A stretch of 60,755 bases of DNA from Actinomycetes bacterium. GTDB taxonomy: Bacteria; Actinomycetota; Actinomycetes; DATJPE01. Both the position numbers and the translations under genes were made by a program. Of the stretch, positions 18,527 to 28,213 are shown piece after piece. Location: contig JANPBY010000190.1 of NCBI GenBank assembly GCA_031430645.1, positions 1 through 60,755 of the forward strand, read 5' to 3'. Under the pieces are notes generated by a model. That model ran no database searches and was not told where the DNA came from. It saw only the letters and a program-made list of their open reading frames with translations. Position 1 is the first letter of the stretch. Each line of letters begins with the position of its first letter.

Positions 18527-19729
18527 TCAGTTGGAGACGGCGATGCTTTCGTAACCGCGCAGAACGAAGGTCGGCCGCAACTCAGGCATCCCCGACAGGT
18601 GCAGGCTAGGAAATCGCTCGACGAGCAACGGCAACGAGATCTGCAACTCAAGGCGAGCCAGGGGCGCACCTAGGCAGAAATGGATTCCGGCCCCAAAAGC
18701 CAGGTGTGGGTTGGGGTCTCGTCCTACGTCAAACTCATCTGCTCGCTCGAAGACTTCCTCGTCACGGTTGGCTGAGCCGAGCAGAGCAGCGATCTTCTCG
18801 CCTTGCCGGACGGTCGCCCCGCCAACTTCGACATCCTCCGTCGCTGTCCGCTCGAAGAGCTGCAGCGGGCAGTCGTACCTGAGCATTTCTTCCACCGCAG
18901 TCGGCGCGAGGGCGTACGGCGCAGCGACCAATCGAGCCCACTCCTCAGGGCGGTGCAGAAGCGCAACCAACCCGTTCCCGAAGCCATTGACGCTCGCCTC
19001 GTGACCGGCATTGAGCAACAGCACGCAGGTGGCCACGAGCTCGTGCTCGGTGAGCCGCTCCCCCGCGTCCTCGACCTGAACCAAGTGAGTGACAAGGTCC
19101 TCGCCGGGATGGACCCGACGCCGGGCTGCCAGCTCGAGCACGAAGGCGGAGAACTCCGCGCAGGCCTCTCGAGCAGCCACTTCCTGCGCGGTAGTGCGCT
19201 CGTACTCGTACATCTTCACGATCGCTTGTGACCACGGCCTCAATGGCGCCTGCTCCTCAAGGGGTACGCCGAGCAACTCGCCCACAACCATCACGGGAAG
19301 CGGTTCGGCGTAGTCGCTGATCGCGTCGAAGCCGCCCGGGTCGACGGCGTCGAGGAGTCCGGCTGCGAGCTCCTGCACGCGTGGCCTCAGCCGCTCGACG
19401 TGGCCGCGGGCAAAAGCCTTGGCCACCAAGGACTTCAGCCGAGTGTGCTTCGGTGGCTCGCTGTCCAGGATCGAATCGGCATGCAACCAGTTGAAGGTGT
19501 CCCAAACATCGGCTGGTTCGCGAGCAGTGAAGATCCGACCGAGTCGACGATTCCGGAGTACGGCGTCCGCATCGCGATGACGAGCTGCAAGCCAGAGACC
19601 TAGACCCTCGTGGTGGACCGGTTTCCCCGCCGCCCGCAGGCCGGCGAGGAGGGGGTATGGGTCGCGGACGACGGCGGGGTCGGTCAGGTCGAAGGCGGCA
19701 AGCGCTTCCTCAGGCGTCGGGATGCTCAC
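18527..19729 (-). CDS. Cytochrome P450
   Basis: Heme motif FGAGIHFCLG, ExxR motif (EEMLR), I-helix AGHEAS; GTGA overlap with the upstream gene. Confidence 0.97.
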   Translation of the reverse strand: MSIPTPEEALAAFDLTDPAVVRDPYPLLAGLRAAGKPVHHEGLGLWLAARHRDADAVLRNRRLGRIFTAREPADVWDTFNWLHADSILDSEPPKHTRLKSLVAKAFARGHVERLRPRVQELAAGLLDAVDPGGFDAISDYAEPLPVMVVGELLGVPLEEQAPLRPWSQAIVKMYEYERTTAQEVAAREACAEFSAFVLELAARRRVHPGEDLVTHLVQVEDAGERLTEHELVATCVLLLNAGHEASVNGFGNGLVALLHRPEEWARLVAAPYALAPTAVEEMLRYDCPLQLFERTATEDVEVGGATVRQGEKIAALLGSANRDEEVFERADEFDVGRDPNPHLAFGAGIHFCLGAPLARLELQISLPLLVERFPSLHLSGMPELRPTFVLRGYESIAVSN

Positions 19730-21126
19730 GACGCGCCCGCACGTTCCTCGTCGAGGTTGGTTTCCGGCGGGCGACGGCTCGCGACCAGCCGTTGCATGCG
19801 TTCGGTCATCCACCGTTCCGGCGGAGCCACCAACCGGGCCGCGGTCGCGCGAGCCGCTTGTGCAGCCGCCATCTGGGTGGCGTCCTCCAGCGTTCGGTGC
19901 GCCGCCGTAACCGTGACCGGACCGGGCGTGCTGTCGACGTGCACCGAGGCCAAACCGAGGGAGCGCTGCCAGGGACCTTGGGTGATGCGTACGGACTGAG
20001 TGCGCACGTGCGGGATCAGCGAGATCTTGCGCACGAGCCGACCCGTGCGCGCCACAAAAACCGTGTCGTCATATCCGGCAGCCAAGCGCGGGTACTGCAG
20101 CCAGGCCCGTCGTCGCGCGGCCGGTGGTACGGGCTCCAGGGGGACCCGCTCGACCTCGACGCCGGGCAAGACCCGCGCCAGGATCGCATTGGCCACGACG
20201 ACCGGCGCCACCGGCAACAAGAGCGAGCTCTCGCCCTCGGCCTGGTCACCTCCCCCGTAGCCGGCGATGTTGACACGCACCCGAACCCAGCCGTAGCGAC
20301 GCCACAACAGGGGCTGAGAGATCTCGACCGCCTGGACCCGCCCTGGCGGGACGGTCTGCGACCGGGTCGTGAGCAATCCGCGCCGAAGCCGCAGCCCATC
20401 GGGTGACTCGGCGACCGTGAAGTCGTAGTTGGCCAGGAAGCCGTTGATCGTGCTTAAGATCGGCGCCGCCACAGCGATGAGGAGGCCGATGGCCGCCGCG
20501 CCTTCAGTGAAGAACGTCACTCCGACGACAACAACAGCGATCAGCACGCCTGCGATCAGGGACTCGCTGATCAGGAGGGAGAGGGCCAGGTCGCCTGGGG
20601 GGACTCTTACCAGCACGCGTTCCGGAGCCACCGGGGCAGCCTCTTGGTCACCCGTGCGGATGCCGGCCGCCCTCGCGAGCAGCTCATTGCGGAGCTCTTG
20701 AGCGTCCGCCTCACCGAGGAAGGCCAGAGACACCTTGCCAGACTCCCCGCCGGCTACCTCGGGCTTCAGCTCGGCCAACCCCACGAGCCGCGCGACGATT
20801 GGCTGGACCACGTCAACTGCTTGCAGGCGAGACAGCTGAACGCGCCGTTCCTGGCGCTGAAAGAGTCCGCTGGCAATCCTCAGGTCACCGTCGTCGTCGA
20901 ACCAGAACGTCGTACGCGTCCACGACACATAGGCGAACCCAGCCACGACCGCGACGATCGCCAGCGCCATCAGGGCCAGCAGTAGCGCCCTGAGAAGGGG
21001 GCCTCCCGGCAGGTCACCGCCGGCGACGATGGCCAGCCCGAAAAATGCCGGAGGCGCGACCCGGCCGGCCTGGGCGACCGGGGTGAGCGGATGCAGGCGG
21101 CGTGGCTCGGTCGAAAGACCGCTCAC
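19726..21126 (-). CDS. Bacterial PH-domain membrane protein (YdbT-like)
   Basis: RRLHPLTP, TM helices and three bPH_2-like repeats (RLQAVDVVQP, RVQAVEISQP, RTQSVRITQGP). Confidence 0.9.
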   Translation of the reverse strand: MSGLSTEPRRLHPLTPVAQAGRVAPPAFFGLAIVAGGDLPGGPLLRALLLALMALAIVAVVAGFAYVSWTRTTFWFDDDGDLRIASGLFQRQERRVQLSRLQAVDVVQPIVARLVGLAELKPEVAGGESGKVSLAFLGEADAQELRNELLARAAGIRTGDQEAAPVAPERVLVRVPPGDLALSLLISESLIAGVLIAVVVVGVTFFTEGAAAIGLLIAVAAPILSTINGFLANYDFTVAESPDGLRLRRGLLTTRSQTVPPGRVQAVEISQPLLWRRYGWVRVRVNIAGYGGGDQAEGESSLLLPVAPVVVANAILARVLPGVEVERVPLEPVPPAARRRAWLQYPRLAAGYDDTVFVARTGRLVRKISLIPHVRTQSVRITQGPWQRSLGLASVHVDSTPGPVTVTAAHRTLEDATQMAAAQAARATAARLVAPPERWMTERMQRLVASRRPPETNLDEERAGAS

Positions 21127-21632
21127 AGGCCGGCCGACCGCGCCTCGCCGAGTGCTGCGAGGTGGTCCCGCAGCCGGGCGGCGTCTTCGGCCGGGACACC
21201 GGGGATGGTGGCGTCGGTCGTCGCAGCAGCGGTGTGCAGCTGGACCGAAGCGATGCCGAACCGGCGGTCGACCGGGCCGGAGGTCACATCCACGAGCTGC
21301 ATCCGCCCGTAGGGCACGAGGACCGTCCGGTGAAACAGGATCCCGCTACGCACCACAAGGTCGTCCGTGCGCTCGGAGTAGGCAGTGGCGGCAACCTGGC
21401 GCCCGATCAGCCACCACGACCACGAGATGATCCCGACTCCGACCAGGAGCGCAACGAGGGCAAGCCAGGGCATCGGCGTGAACGCGAGCCCGACCATCAC
21501 GACCACGCTGAGCACCCCGATCACCGCGCCAGCCACCAGCCGCCTAGCCGTCGCCAACTTGGGCGAGACGGCGATCCAGCCACCTGGTTCGGGGCGTTCT
21601 CCTGCTCGAATCAACTCTCGGTCATAGCCCAC
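21123..21632 (-). CDS. Bacterial PH-domain membrane protein (YdbS-like)
   Basis: Two TM helices and VPYGRMQLVDVTSGPVDRRFG...LHTAA. Confidence 0.92.
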   Translation of the reverse strand: MGYDRELIRAGERPEPGGWIAVSPKLATARRLVAGAVIGVLSVVVMVGLAFTPMPWLALVALLVGVGIISWSWWLIGRQVAATAYSERTDDLVVRSGILFHRTVLVPYGRMQLVDVTSGPVDRRFGIASVQLHTAAATTDATIPGVPAEDAARLRDHLAALGEARSAGL

Positions 21633-21806
21633 GACCCAACGCTAGCCCGCACGGCGGTCTGATCTCGCCGCTCGTGTCCCCAACGGATTTCACGGCGCGT
21701 GGCCAAAGTCACACATTCAGACCATTGATCGCGCTATAAACCCGAGTGAGGAACGCGGGTCGTCTGCGCTCCTGACTGGTGTGCAGGGTCTGAGGAGGAC
21801 GACGTC

Positions 21807-23516
21807 GTGGCTGACACCACAAAACTCAACGCCGACGAGCAACGGCTCGCCGAGCTCGGTTACAAGCAGGAGTTGGACCGCAGTTGGAGCGGCTTCTCCA
21901 ACTTCGCCATCTCGTTCTCGATCATCTCGATCCTGGCCGGCTGCTTCACCACCTTCTACTTCGGCTGGAACAACGGCGGCCCGATTGCGATCTCGCTCGG
22001 CTGGCCACTGATTTCGATGTTCATCCTGATCATCGGCTTCTGCATGTCGGAGTTGGTCTCGGCCTACCCGACGTCCGGCGGCATCTACTGGTGGGCGAGC
22101 AAGCTCGGCGGACCGAAGGCCGGCTACTACACCGGCTGGCTCAACCTGGTCGGCCTCATCGCCATCGTGGCCTCGGTTGCGTACGGCTGTGCCACGTTCC
22201 TCGACCTCAGCCTTGCCCGCTTCAGTGAATCGTGGGCGGCGGGCTACTCCCTCGACCGCGTGTTTGCGATGTTCGTCGGGGTCCTGATCTTCTGCTCGAT
22301 CGTCAACATCTTCTCCAGCCACCTGTTGGCCGTCTTCAACAACATCTCGGTGTGGTGGCACGTCGCCGGTGCGTCGATCGTCGTGATCATCCTGGTCTTC
22401 TTCTTGAAGGACGGGGCAACTCACTGGAACGTCGGCGATGTCTTCACGGGCACGGTCAACAACACCTTCGGCCTGTTCGGCAGCACGGACGGCGCCCTCG
22501 ACGGTGCTGGCACGAGCGGACCGGGATTCTGGTTCTACGTGCTACCGCTCGGCTTCCTGCTCACGCAATACACGATCACCGGCTACGACGCCTCTGCTCA
22601 CCTGTCGGAGGAGACCAACGGTGCGGCCGATGCTGCGGCCAAGGGCATCTGGCGCTCGATCTTCTATTCGGCCATCGGTGGCTGGATCCTGCTGCTGGCC
22701 TTCCTGTTCGCCGTCCAGGACGCCGACGCCGTGTCGCTTGGTGGAGGCTACGTACAAGTCATCTTCGACCAGGCACTGACGCCGACGATGGCCGGCACCG
22801 TGCTGCTTATTGCGAGCCTCGGGCAGTTGTTCTGCACGACGGCCTGCTTGACCTCGGCCTCGCGGATGCTCTTCGCATTCAGCCGTGACGGCGCCGTACC
22901 CGGCGCCAAGCACTGGTGCAAGCTCAACGCGAGCAAGACACCCGTCTACGCGGTGCTCGCGGTCACAACAGCCGGGTTCGTGTTGACCCTTCCCGCGCTA
23001 TGGAAGGTCAACATCGGCACCGCTGAGGCACCGATCTACTCTGTGACGGCGTTCTTCGCCATCGTCTCGATCGGTGTGCTGGGGCTCTACCTGGCGTTCG
23101 CGATCCCGATCTTCCTGCGCTGGAAGGCCGGCGATTCGTTCAAGCAGGGATCATGGAACCTCGGCACCAAGTGGAAGTGGATGGCTCCGCTGGCCGTAGC
23201 CGAGATTCTCATCACGTCGGTCTACTTCATCCTGCCGCTCTATCCAGCAGGTGCGCCGGGCTGGATGCGTGGCTTCCTCGATGCCCCCAGCACCGCAGAG
23301 GTGGCATTCAGCTGGAAGTCCGTCAACTACGCGCCACTCGTTCTCGGTGCCATCTTCATTGCCCTGTGGATCGGTTGGCACGTGTCGGCCAAGAATTGGT
23401 TCACCGGGCCGAAGACGACCATCGACCTACCCGCAGGTGTCACCTCAGCTGACGAGATCGAGGCTGAGCACCACCATGAGTCGCTGCACCCGAAGGACGG
23501 GACGACCCCGGCCTAG
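21807..23516 (+). CDS. APC-superfamily amino acid/amine permease (ACT/GABA-permease-like)
   Basis: LGYKQELDR, FSNFAISFS, AYPTSGGIY, GYDASAHLSEET and RMLFAFSRDG; many TM helices; GAGGAGG RBS. Confidence 0.95.
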   Translation: MADTTKLNADEQRLAELGYKQELDRSWSGFSNFAISFSIISILAGCFTTFYFGWNNGGPIAISLGWPLISMFILIIGFCMSELVSAYPTSGGIYWWASKLGGPKAGYYTGWLNLVGLIAIVASVAYGCATFLDLSLARFSESWAAGYSLDRVFAMFVGVLIFCSIVNIFSSHLLAVFNNISVWWHVAGASIVVIILVFFLKDGATHWNVGDVFTGTVNNTFGLFGSTDGALDGAGTSGPGFWFYVLPLGFLLTQYTITGYDASAHLSEETNGAADAAAKGIWRSIFYSAIGGWILLLAFLFAVQDADAVSLGGGYVQVIFDQALTPTMAGTVLLIASLGQLFCTTACLTSASRMLFAFSRDGAVPGAKHWCKLNASKTPVYAVLAVTTAGFVLTLPALWKVNIGTAEAPIYSVTAFFAIVSIGVLGLYLAFAIPIFLRWKAGDSFKQGSWNLGTKWKWMAPLAVAEILITSVYFILPLYPAGAPGWMRGFLDAPSTAEVAFSWKSVNYAPLVLGAIFIALWIGWHVSAKNWFTGPKTTIDLPAGVTSADEIEAEHHHESLHPKDGTTPA

Positions 23517-23537
23517 TTGGTCAAGAACTGCTGATCC

Positions 23538-23566
23538 AAGGGGCGTGGCCGGTGGCCACGCCCCTT
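23538..23566 (+). terminator. Hairpin terminator candidate after the permease
   Basis: Perfect 13-bp stem AAGGGGCGTGGCC-GGT-GGCCACGCCCCTT about 20 nt after the stop; no long U tract. Confidence 0.65.
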
Positions 23567-23606
23567 CGGCGTCCCCCTGTCATGGGAAGGTGACACGATC
23601 TCGACC

Positions 23607-24719
23607 GTGCGCCAGCTGACTGTCTCCACCCGCGACCTCGGTGGCGACGAGCTCGTGCTCGAGCTCGGAGCTCATCACCCGGCGAGCCACGGTGCACTGC
23701 GGCTGGCCCTCACCCTCGACGACGACGTCGTCGTGGCGGCTCGCCCGATCATCGGCTCGGTGCACCGAGGTGCCGAGAAGCTGTTCGAGGTCCGCGACTA
23801 CCGCCAGGCGCTCGTCCTGGCGAACCGCCACGACTGGCTCTCCGCCTTCGCCAACGAGCTCGGCATCGTGTTGGCCGTGGAGCGGATGCTCGGGATGGAG
23901 GTCCCCGAGCGAGCCGTCTGGGCGCGAACCCTGGTCGCCGAGCTGAACCGGGTGCTCAACCACCTCGCCTTCCTCGGTGGGTCCCGCGCCTGGGACGCCC
24001 GCGAACGGATCCAACGAGTCCTGGAGGAGTTCTCCGGGGGGCGCCTGCACTACATGGCCAACCAAGTAGGGGGCCTCAAGGCCGACCTTCCCGACGGCTG
24101 GCTGGGCCGGACGCGGACCGCCGTCAGGGACGTACGCAACGACCTCATCGAGGTCCGGCGATCGACGATCGAGGACGCCGACTTCCGGGCACGAACCGTG
24201 GGCATCGGAGTCCTTCACCGGCGGCTGGTGCCGGCGTACGGCGTCTCCGGCCCGGTCGCCCGCGCCTCTGGCGTCGACCACGACCTTCGTCGTGACGAGC
24301 CCTACCTGGCCTACGCAGCGCTAGCTGAACTTGGGGTGTTACGCGTCGTCACCCGCGACACCGGTGACTGCTTGGCGCGCTACGAGGTCCTCATTGAACA
24401 ATGCGAGGTGTCTCTCGACCTAGCCGACGCCTGCCTCGACGAACTCATCGCGCTCAACGCCGGCCCGATCAACGTGCGCCTGCCGAAGGTGCTGCGCGTG
24501 CCCGAGGGGGAGACCTACACCTGGACCGAGAACCCGTTGGGAATCAACGGGTACTACCTCGTGTCCCGGGGCGACAAGACACCCTGGCGACTCAAGCTGC
24601 GTTCGGCATCCTTCAACAACGTCCAGGTGCTGGAGGCGATGCTGCCGGGCCAACGGCTCGAGAACCTGGTGACGATCCTCCAGTCGATGGTCTACGTGCT
24701 CGGTGACCTCGACAAATGA
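23607..24719 (+). CDS. nuoD: Stand-alone NADH-quinone oxidoreductase subunit D-like protein
   Basis: [60 protein letters not shown] and GDLDK. No other nuo genes in the window, and no NiFe CxxC motifs. Confidence 0.9.
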   Translation: MRQLTVSTRDLGGDELVLELGAHHPASHGALRLALTLDDDVVVAARPIIGSVHRGAEKLFEVRDYRQALVLANRHDWLSAFANELGIVLAVERMLGMEVPERAVWARTLVAELNRVLNHLAFLGGSRAWDARERIQRVLEEFSGGRLHYMANQVGGLKADLPDGWLGRTRTAVRDVRNDLIEVRRSTIEDADFRARTVGIGVLHRRLVPAYGVSGPVARASGVDHDLRRDEPYLAYAALAELGVLRVVTRDTGDCLARYEVLIEQCEVSLDLADACLDELIALNAGPINVRLPKVLRVPEGETYTWTENPLGINGYYLVSRGDKTPWRLKLRSASFNNVQVLEAMLPGQRLENLVTILQSMVYVLGDLDK

Positions 24720-24777
24720 GAAACGACAAAAAGACAGCGACAAAAAGCAAGCAACGACGTACCGCTCAGAAGATCGG

Positions 24778-25464
24778 TCAGGCGCCTTTGGCGAGCCGTG
24801 AGGACTCGACAGACCGCAGGTCCACTCGGGTGCCGACCCGCTCGGACGGTCCGCGGGCCGGGGTGGGCGCCGTGGGCGACGCGAAGGGTGCCTCTTGTCG
24901 CGAGGTGACCAGCGGGAGATCGAAGTACGCCCCCGTCTGGGAACCGTTGCCGTTGGCCGCCGCCGCTGCTGGTGCGCGATTCGCCTTGGGCGCAGGGGCG
25001 GCGGGAACAAGCACCGGCGTCACGATGGGTGCCGGCCGAACGGGCTGCACCGGTGCCGGGGGCGCCACCGCAACGAACTGCACCGACGGCGCCGGAGTCG
25101 CCCGGATCACGGCCATCAACTGCGACACCTCAGCCGCCAACGCCTGTGAGCGAACGACCGCCGCGTAGGAACGCTCGACCGCGAGCCGCGACCGATGATG
25201 GGCCTCAGCAAGCTCCTCGCGCAGGCGTACGGCATCACGGCGCCGCGCATAGTCGATGCGAGCCAGCCGCAGCGACATCTGGCGCTCAGATCGGTACTGG
25301 ATCAAGAAGACCGCGGCAGCCAGCACAGTGGTCCAGCCGATGGCGACGCGGGCCGGTCCGGCAGCCACATTGCTGGCGATCGATGCACCGCCCAGGGCGG
25401 CGAAAACAGCGAGAGCAAGGGAGAGCCACCCCCCGGAGGGGTGCGGCTGGGAGTGACGGCTCAT
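24778..25464 (-). CDS. Hypothetical membrane protein (2 TM, coiled coil, Pro/Ala-rich tail)
   Basis: Two hydrophobic helices followed by a charged helical segment. ATG 25464 is preceded by TACCCT; the track start 25518 is also possible. Confidence 0.7.
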   Translation of the reverse strand: MSRHSQPHPSGGWLSLALAVFAALGGASIASNVAAGPARVAIGWTTVLAAAVFLIQYRSERQMSLRLARIDYARRRDAVRLREELAEAHHRSRLAVERSYAAVVRSQALAAEVSQLMAVIRATPAPSVQFVAVAPPAPVQPVRPAPIVTPVLVPAAPAPKANRAPAAAAANGNGSQTGAYFDLPLVTSRQEAPFASPTAPTPARGPSERVGTRVDLRSVESSRLAKGA

Positions 25465-25581
25465 GGAAGGAGAGGGTAGGCGCTCCCGTGCATCCTGCGA
25501 AGTCACTCGCCGAACCACACCGGAAAATCACCCAAGGTGCCTGATCGACTACATGGAGTTGCTAGATGCGGTAGTCCCGGT

Positions 25582-26550
25582 CTAGGACAACCCCTTGCTC
25601 TTCAGGAAGGCCGCCGCGACCTCGTCCGGGTCCATCCGGTCGATGTCGACCTGCTTGTTCATGGCCACCAGGTCCTCGGTGGTGAGAACCGCGGACAGTG
25701 CGTTCAGCGCTGCCGTCAGGGCGTCGGACACGGCTGCGGTGTTGACGGCCGGCACGACGTTGTCGGCCGCTTGGAGCGCCTTGTCGTCGGTGAGAACCTG
25801 AAGCCCTAGGGCCTCGATGCCGCCGTCGGAGGAGAACACCAGGCCCACCTGGACATCGCCGTCGGCGATGGCCTGCTTGGTGAGCGGGCCACCGGCATCA
25901 AGAGCTTCGAATCCCGTGACCGTGATGCCGTAGGTCTTCTCCAGGCCCGGCTGGCAAAACGGCCGACTCGGGCATTCCGGGGGACCGCCGAGGACCAGAT
26001 CACCCTTGTATGCCGCGAGGTCTGAGAGCGTCGTGAGGTTGTTTGTGGTGGCGAACTCCTTGGTCACGGCGAAGGCGTTCTGGTCGGTCGCATTGGACGG
26101 GGTGAGCAACGTGATGCCCACACCGTTGGCCAGAATCTGCCCCGCAGCCAACGTTGCTGCCACGTCACCGGAGGCCGGCGTTTCGGCATCAGGGCCGTTG
26201 GCCTTGCCGTTGAGGAACGTGGTGAAGGTCGAGAGGTACTCGGGGACCACGTCGACCCCCTTGTCCGCTGAGCCAGCCTCAAGAGCCGGCTGGGTGAGCT
26301 CGCGGTTGCCGACGACGGTGACGGTCGGCTCGTAGCCGGCCTTCTCGAGCACCCCGGAGTAGAGGTAGGCCAAGATCTTGCTCTCACCAAAGTCGAAGGC
26401 GCCGATGCTGACCGGGCCGAGTGACGCCGCCGGGGGGCTTGTGGATGTGCCGGGTTCTGCGGAACTCCCGCCAGAACCGCCGCAGGCCGCGAGCGTCAAT
26501 GCTGCGACTGCGAGTCCGCCGATGAGGGTGGCCTTGCGTGGGATCCGCAT
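25582..26550 (-). CDS. Osmoprotectant-type (OpuC/ProX/YehZ family) ABC substrate-binding lipoprotein
   Basis: Lipobox LTLAAC, GAFDFGESKILA, VPEYL, DQNAFAV, PECPSRPFCQPGL and DNVVP. Confidence 0.92.
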   Translation of the reverse strand: MRIPRKATLIGGLAVAALTLAACGGSGGSSAEPGTSTSPPAASLGPVSIGAFDFGESKILAYLYSGVLEKAGYEPTVTVVGNRELTQPALEAGSADKGVDVVPEYLSTFTTFLNGKANGPDAETPASGDVAATLAAGQILANGVGITLLTPSNATDQNAFAVTKEFATTNNLTTLSDLAAYKGDLVLGGPPECPSRPFCQPGLEKTYGITVTGFEALDAGGPLTKQAIADGDVQVGLVFSSDGGIEALGLQVLTDDKALQAADNVVPAVNTAAVSDALTAALNALSAVLTTEDLVAMNKQVDIDRMDPDEVAAAFLKSKGLS

Positions 26551-26679
26551 GAGTGCGCCCGCCTTCTGTGTCCCCTGCGAATTTCGCAGGCGTGTCCGGT
26601 GGGGCACCAGGACGCGGTCCGGCTCCCCTCTACGCCCCTACCCCAGCACGGACCCCCGCCAGTCGCAAGCCGACGAGGA

Positions 26680-27399
26680 TCACCGAGTGGTGACGTGTCC
26701 GACTTCCGTCGCCTCGACGGCCCCCGGCATCAGGTGGACATGCACGCCGCGCGCTGTGGGGTCGAGTCGTCGTTGTAGGGCCCGCAGCCCGCGCTCCAGA
26801 GCGATGCACAGGGCCGCGACGAGCACCGTGCCGCCATAGAGCATGGAGTAGTCCTGCAGCGCGAACCCATCGACGATGTAGCGCCCCAAACCACCGCCCG
26901 CGACCAGCGCGGCCAGGGTCGCCGTCGCCACGGTCTGGACGGTCGAGGTGGCCAGGCCAGCGAACAACAAGGGGCGCGCGAGGGGCAGCTCGACCCGACG
27001 CAGTTGCTGCGCGCCGGTCATCCCCATCCCTCGCGCGGCATCCTTGATGTCAGCATCGACCTCGCGGAGCCCGACGTAGGTGTTGGTCAGGATGGGCGGG
27101 ATGGCGAACAACGCCAGGGCAAGAATTGCCGCGAGATCCCCCACACCGACCGGCTTCCAGGAAGCGAAGATGATGAGGACCCCGAAGGTGGGGATCGCTC
27201 GCCCGGCATTGCCCACGTTGATCGCCAGGAATCCCCCCCGACCCCGATGTCCGAGCCAGATCCCCAGGGGGAGCGCCACAATGCAGGCCAGCGCGAGGGC
27301 CAGGCCCGAGATCACCAGGTGCTGGACCAGCCGGGTCGGAATGCCGTCGGGTCCATGCCAGTTCGCGGGGTCGGTGAGCCACTGCCAGGTGCCGCCCAT
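26680..27399 (-). CDS. Osmoprotectant-type ABC permease
   Basis: PPILTNTYVG and EAA-like DAARGMGM...VELPLA; TGATG overlap with the upstream permease. Confidence 0.93.
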   Translation of the reverse strand: MGGTWQWLTDPANWHGPDGIPTRLVQHLVISGLALALACIVALPLGIWLGHRGRGGFLAINVGNAGRAIPTFGVLIIFASWKPVGVGDLAAILALALFAIPPILTNTYVGLREVDADIKDAARGMGMTGAQQLRRVELPLARPLLFAGLATSTVQTVATATLAALVAGGGLGRYIVDGFALQDYSMLYGGTVLVAALCIALERGLRALQRRLDPTARGVHVHLMPGAVEATEVGHVTTR

Positions 27400-28145
27400 C
27401 AGCGCCGCGCCCCCCGCCACGTCCAAGGTGTGAGCAACCGTTGCAGGCCAACAAGAATCAGCTCCGCCGTGACTGCCAGCACGACGCAGGCGACGACTCC
27501 GGTCATGATCTCGGCGTGATAGAAGTTGCTGCGAAAGCCCCCGAGGATCAGGTCACCGAAGCCGCCGTGACCCACGATCGACCCGATGGTCACCAGGCCG
27601 ATCGTCGAAACGGTGGCCACCCGAATCCCGGCCATCACGGTGGGCAAGGCCAGGGGCAGCTCCACGCGGAACAACATCCGAGTGGAGCCGTAGCCCATGC
27701 CGCGCGCGGCGTCGCGTACGTCGTTGTCGACCCCGTCGAGACCCTCGATCAGGTTGCGAAGCACGATCAGCAGCGCATACATCGTGAGGGCCACCGCGAC
27801 GGTCTTCAGGCTCAGTCCGAAGACTGGCCACAGCGCCGCGATCAGGGCCAGCGCCGGGATCGTGTAGAGGGCACCGGTGAAGCTGAGGAGGGGGCCTTGC
27901 AGACGACGCCAGCGGCGAGCCATCAGGGCCAGCGGAAAGGCAATGGCCACGGCAGCCAGAACCGAGACGACCGTGAGAATCACGTGCTCCTTGCCCGCGA
28001 GGGCGAGCTCGTCCAGGTGATTGACCACATAGGTCCACGAGAACCAAGGGTTGGGGGGGCCATCCGCGGTGAGACCGGGCAGGATCGACGTCAGGGCCGA
28101 CCCGCCGGGTCCGGCCTGACCAAGAGCTCCCGACACAAAGGTCAC
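27399..28145 (-). CDS. Osmoprotectant-type ABC permease
   Basis: YTIPALAL and DAARGMGY...VELPLALP; TAGGTT lies 6 nt upstream of GTG 28145. Confidence 0.93.
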   Translation of the reverse strand: MTFVSGALGQAGPGGSALTSILPGLTADGPPNPWFSWTYVVNHLDELALAGKEHVILTVVSVLAAVAIAFPLALMARRWRRLQGPLLSFTGALYTIPALALIAALWPVFGLSLKTVAVALTMYALLIVLRNLIEGLDGVDNDVRDAARGMGYGSTRMLFRVELPLALPTVMAGIRVATVSTIGLVTIGSIVGHGGFGDLILGGFRSNFYHAEIMTGVVACVVLAVTAELILVGLQRLLTPWTWRGARR

Positions 28146-28213
28146 TCGTGGAACCTAACCACTCATCGACCTCCGACGCGCTGGCCGCCGATGAGGTGGG
28201 GGCTGGCGATCCG

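Noticed and set aside
23607-24719. Possible NiFe-hydrogenase large subunit
   Set aside because: No N- or C-terminal CxxC metal ligands; it ends in GDLDK like NuoD.
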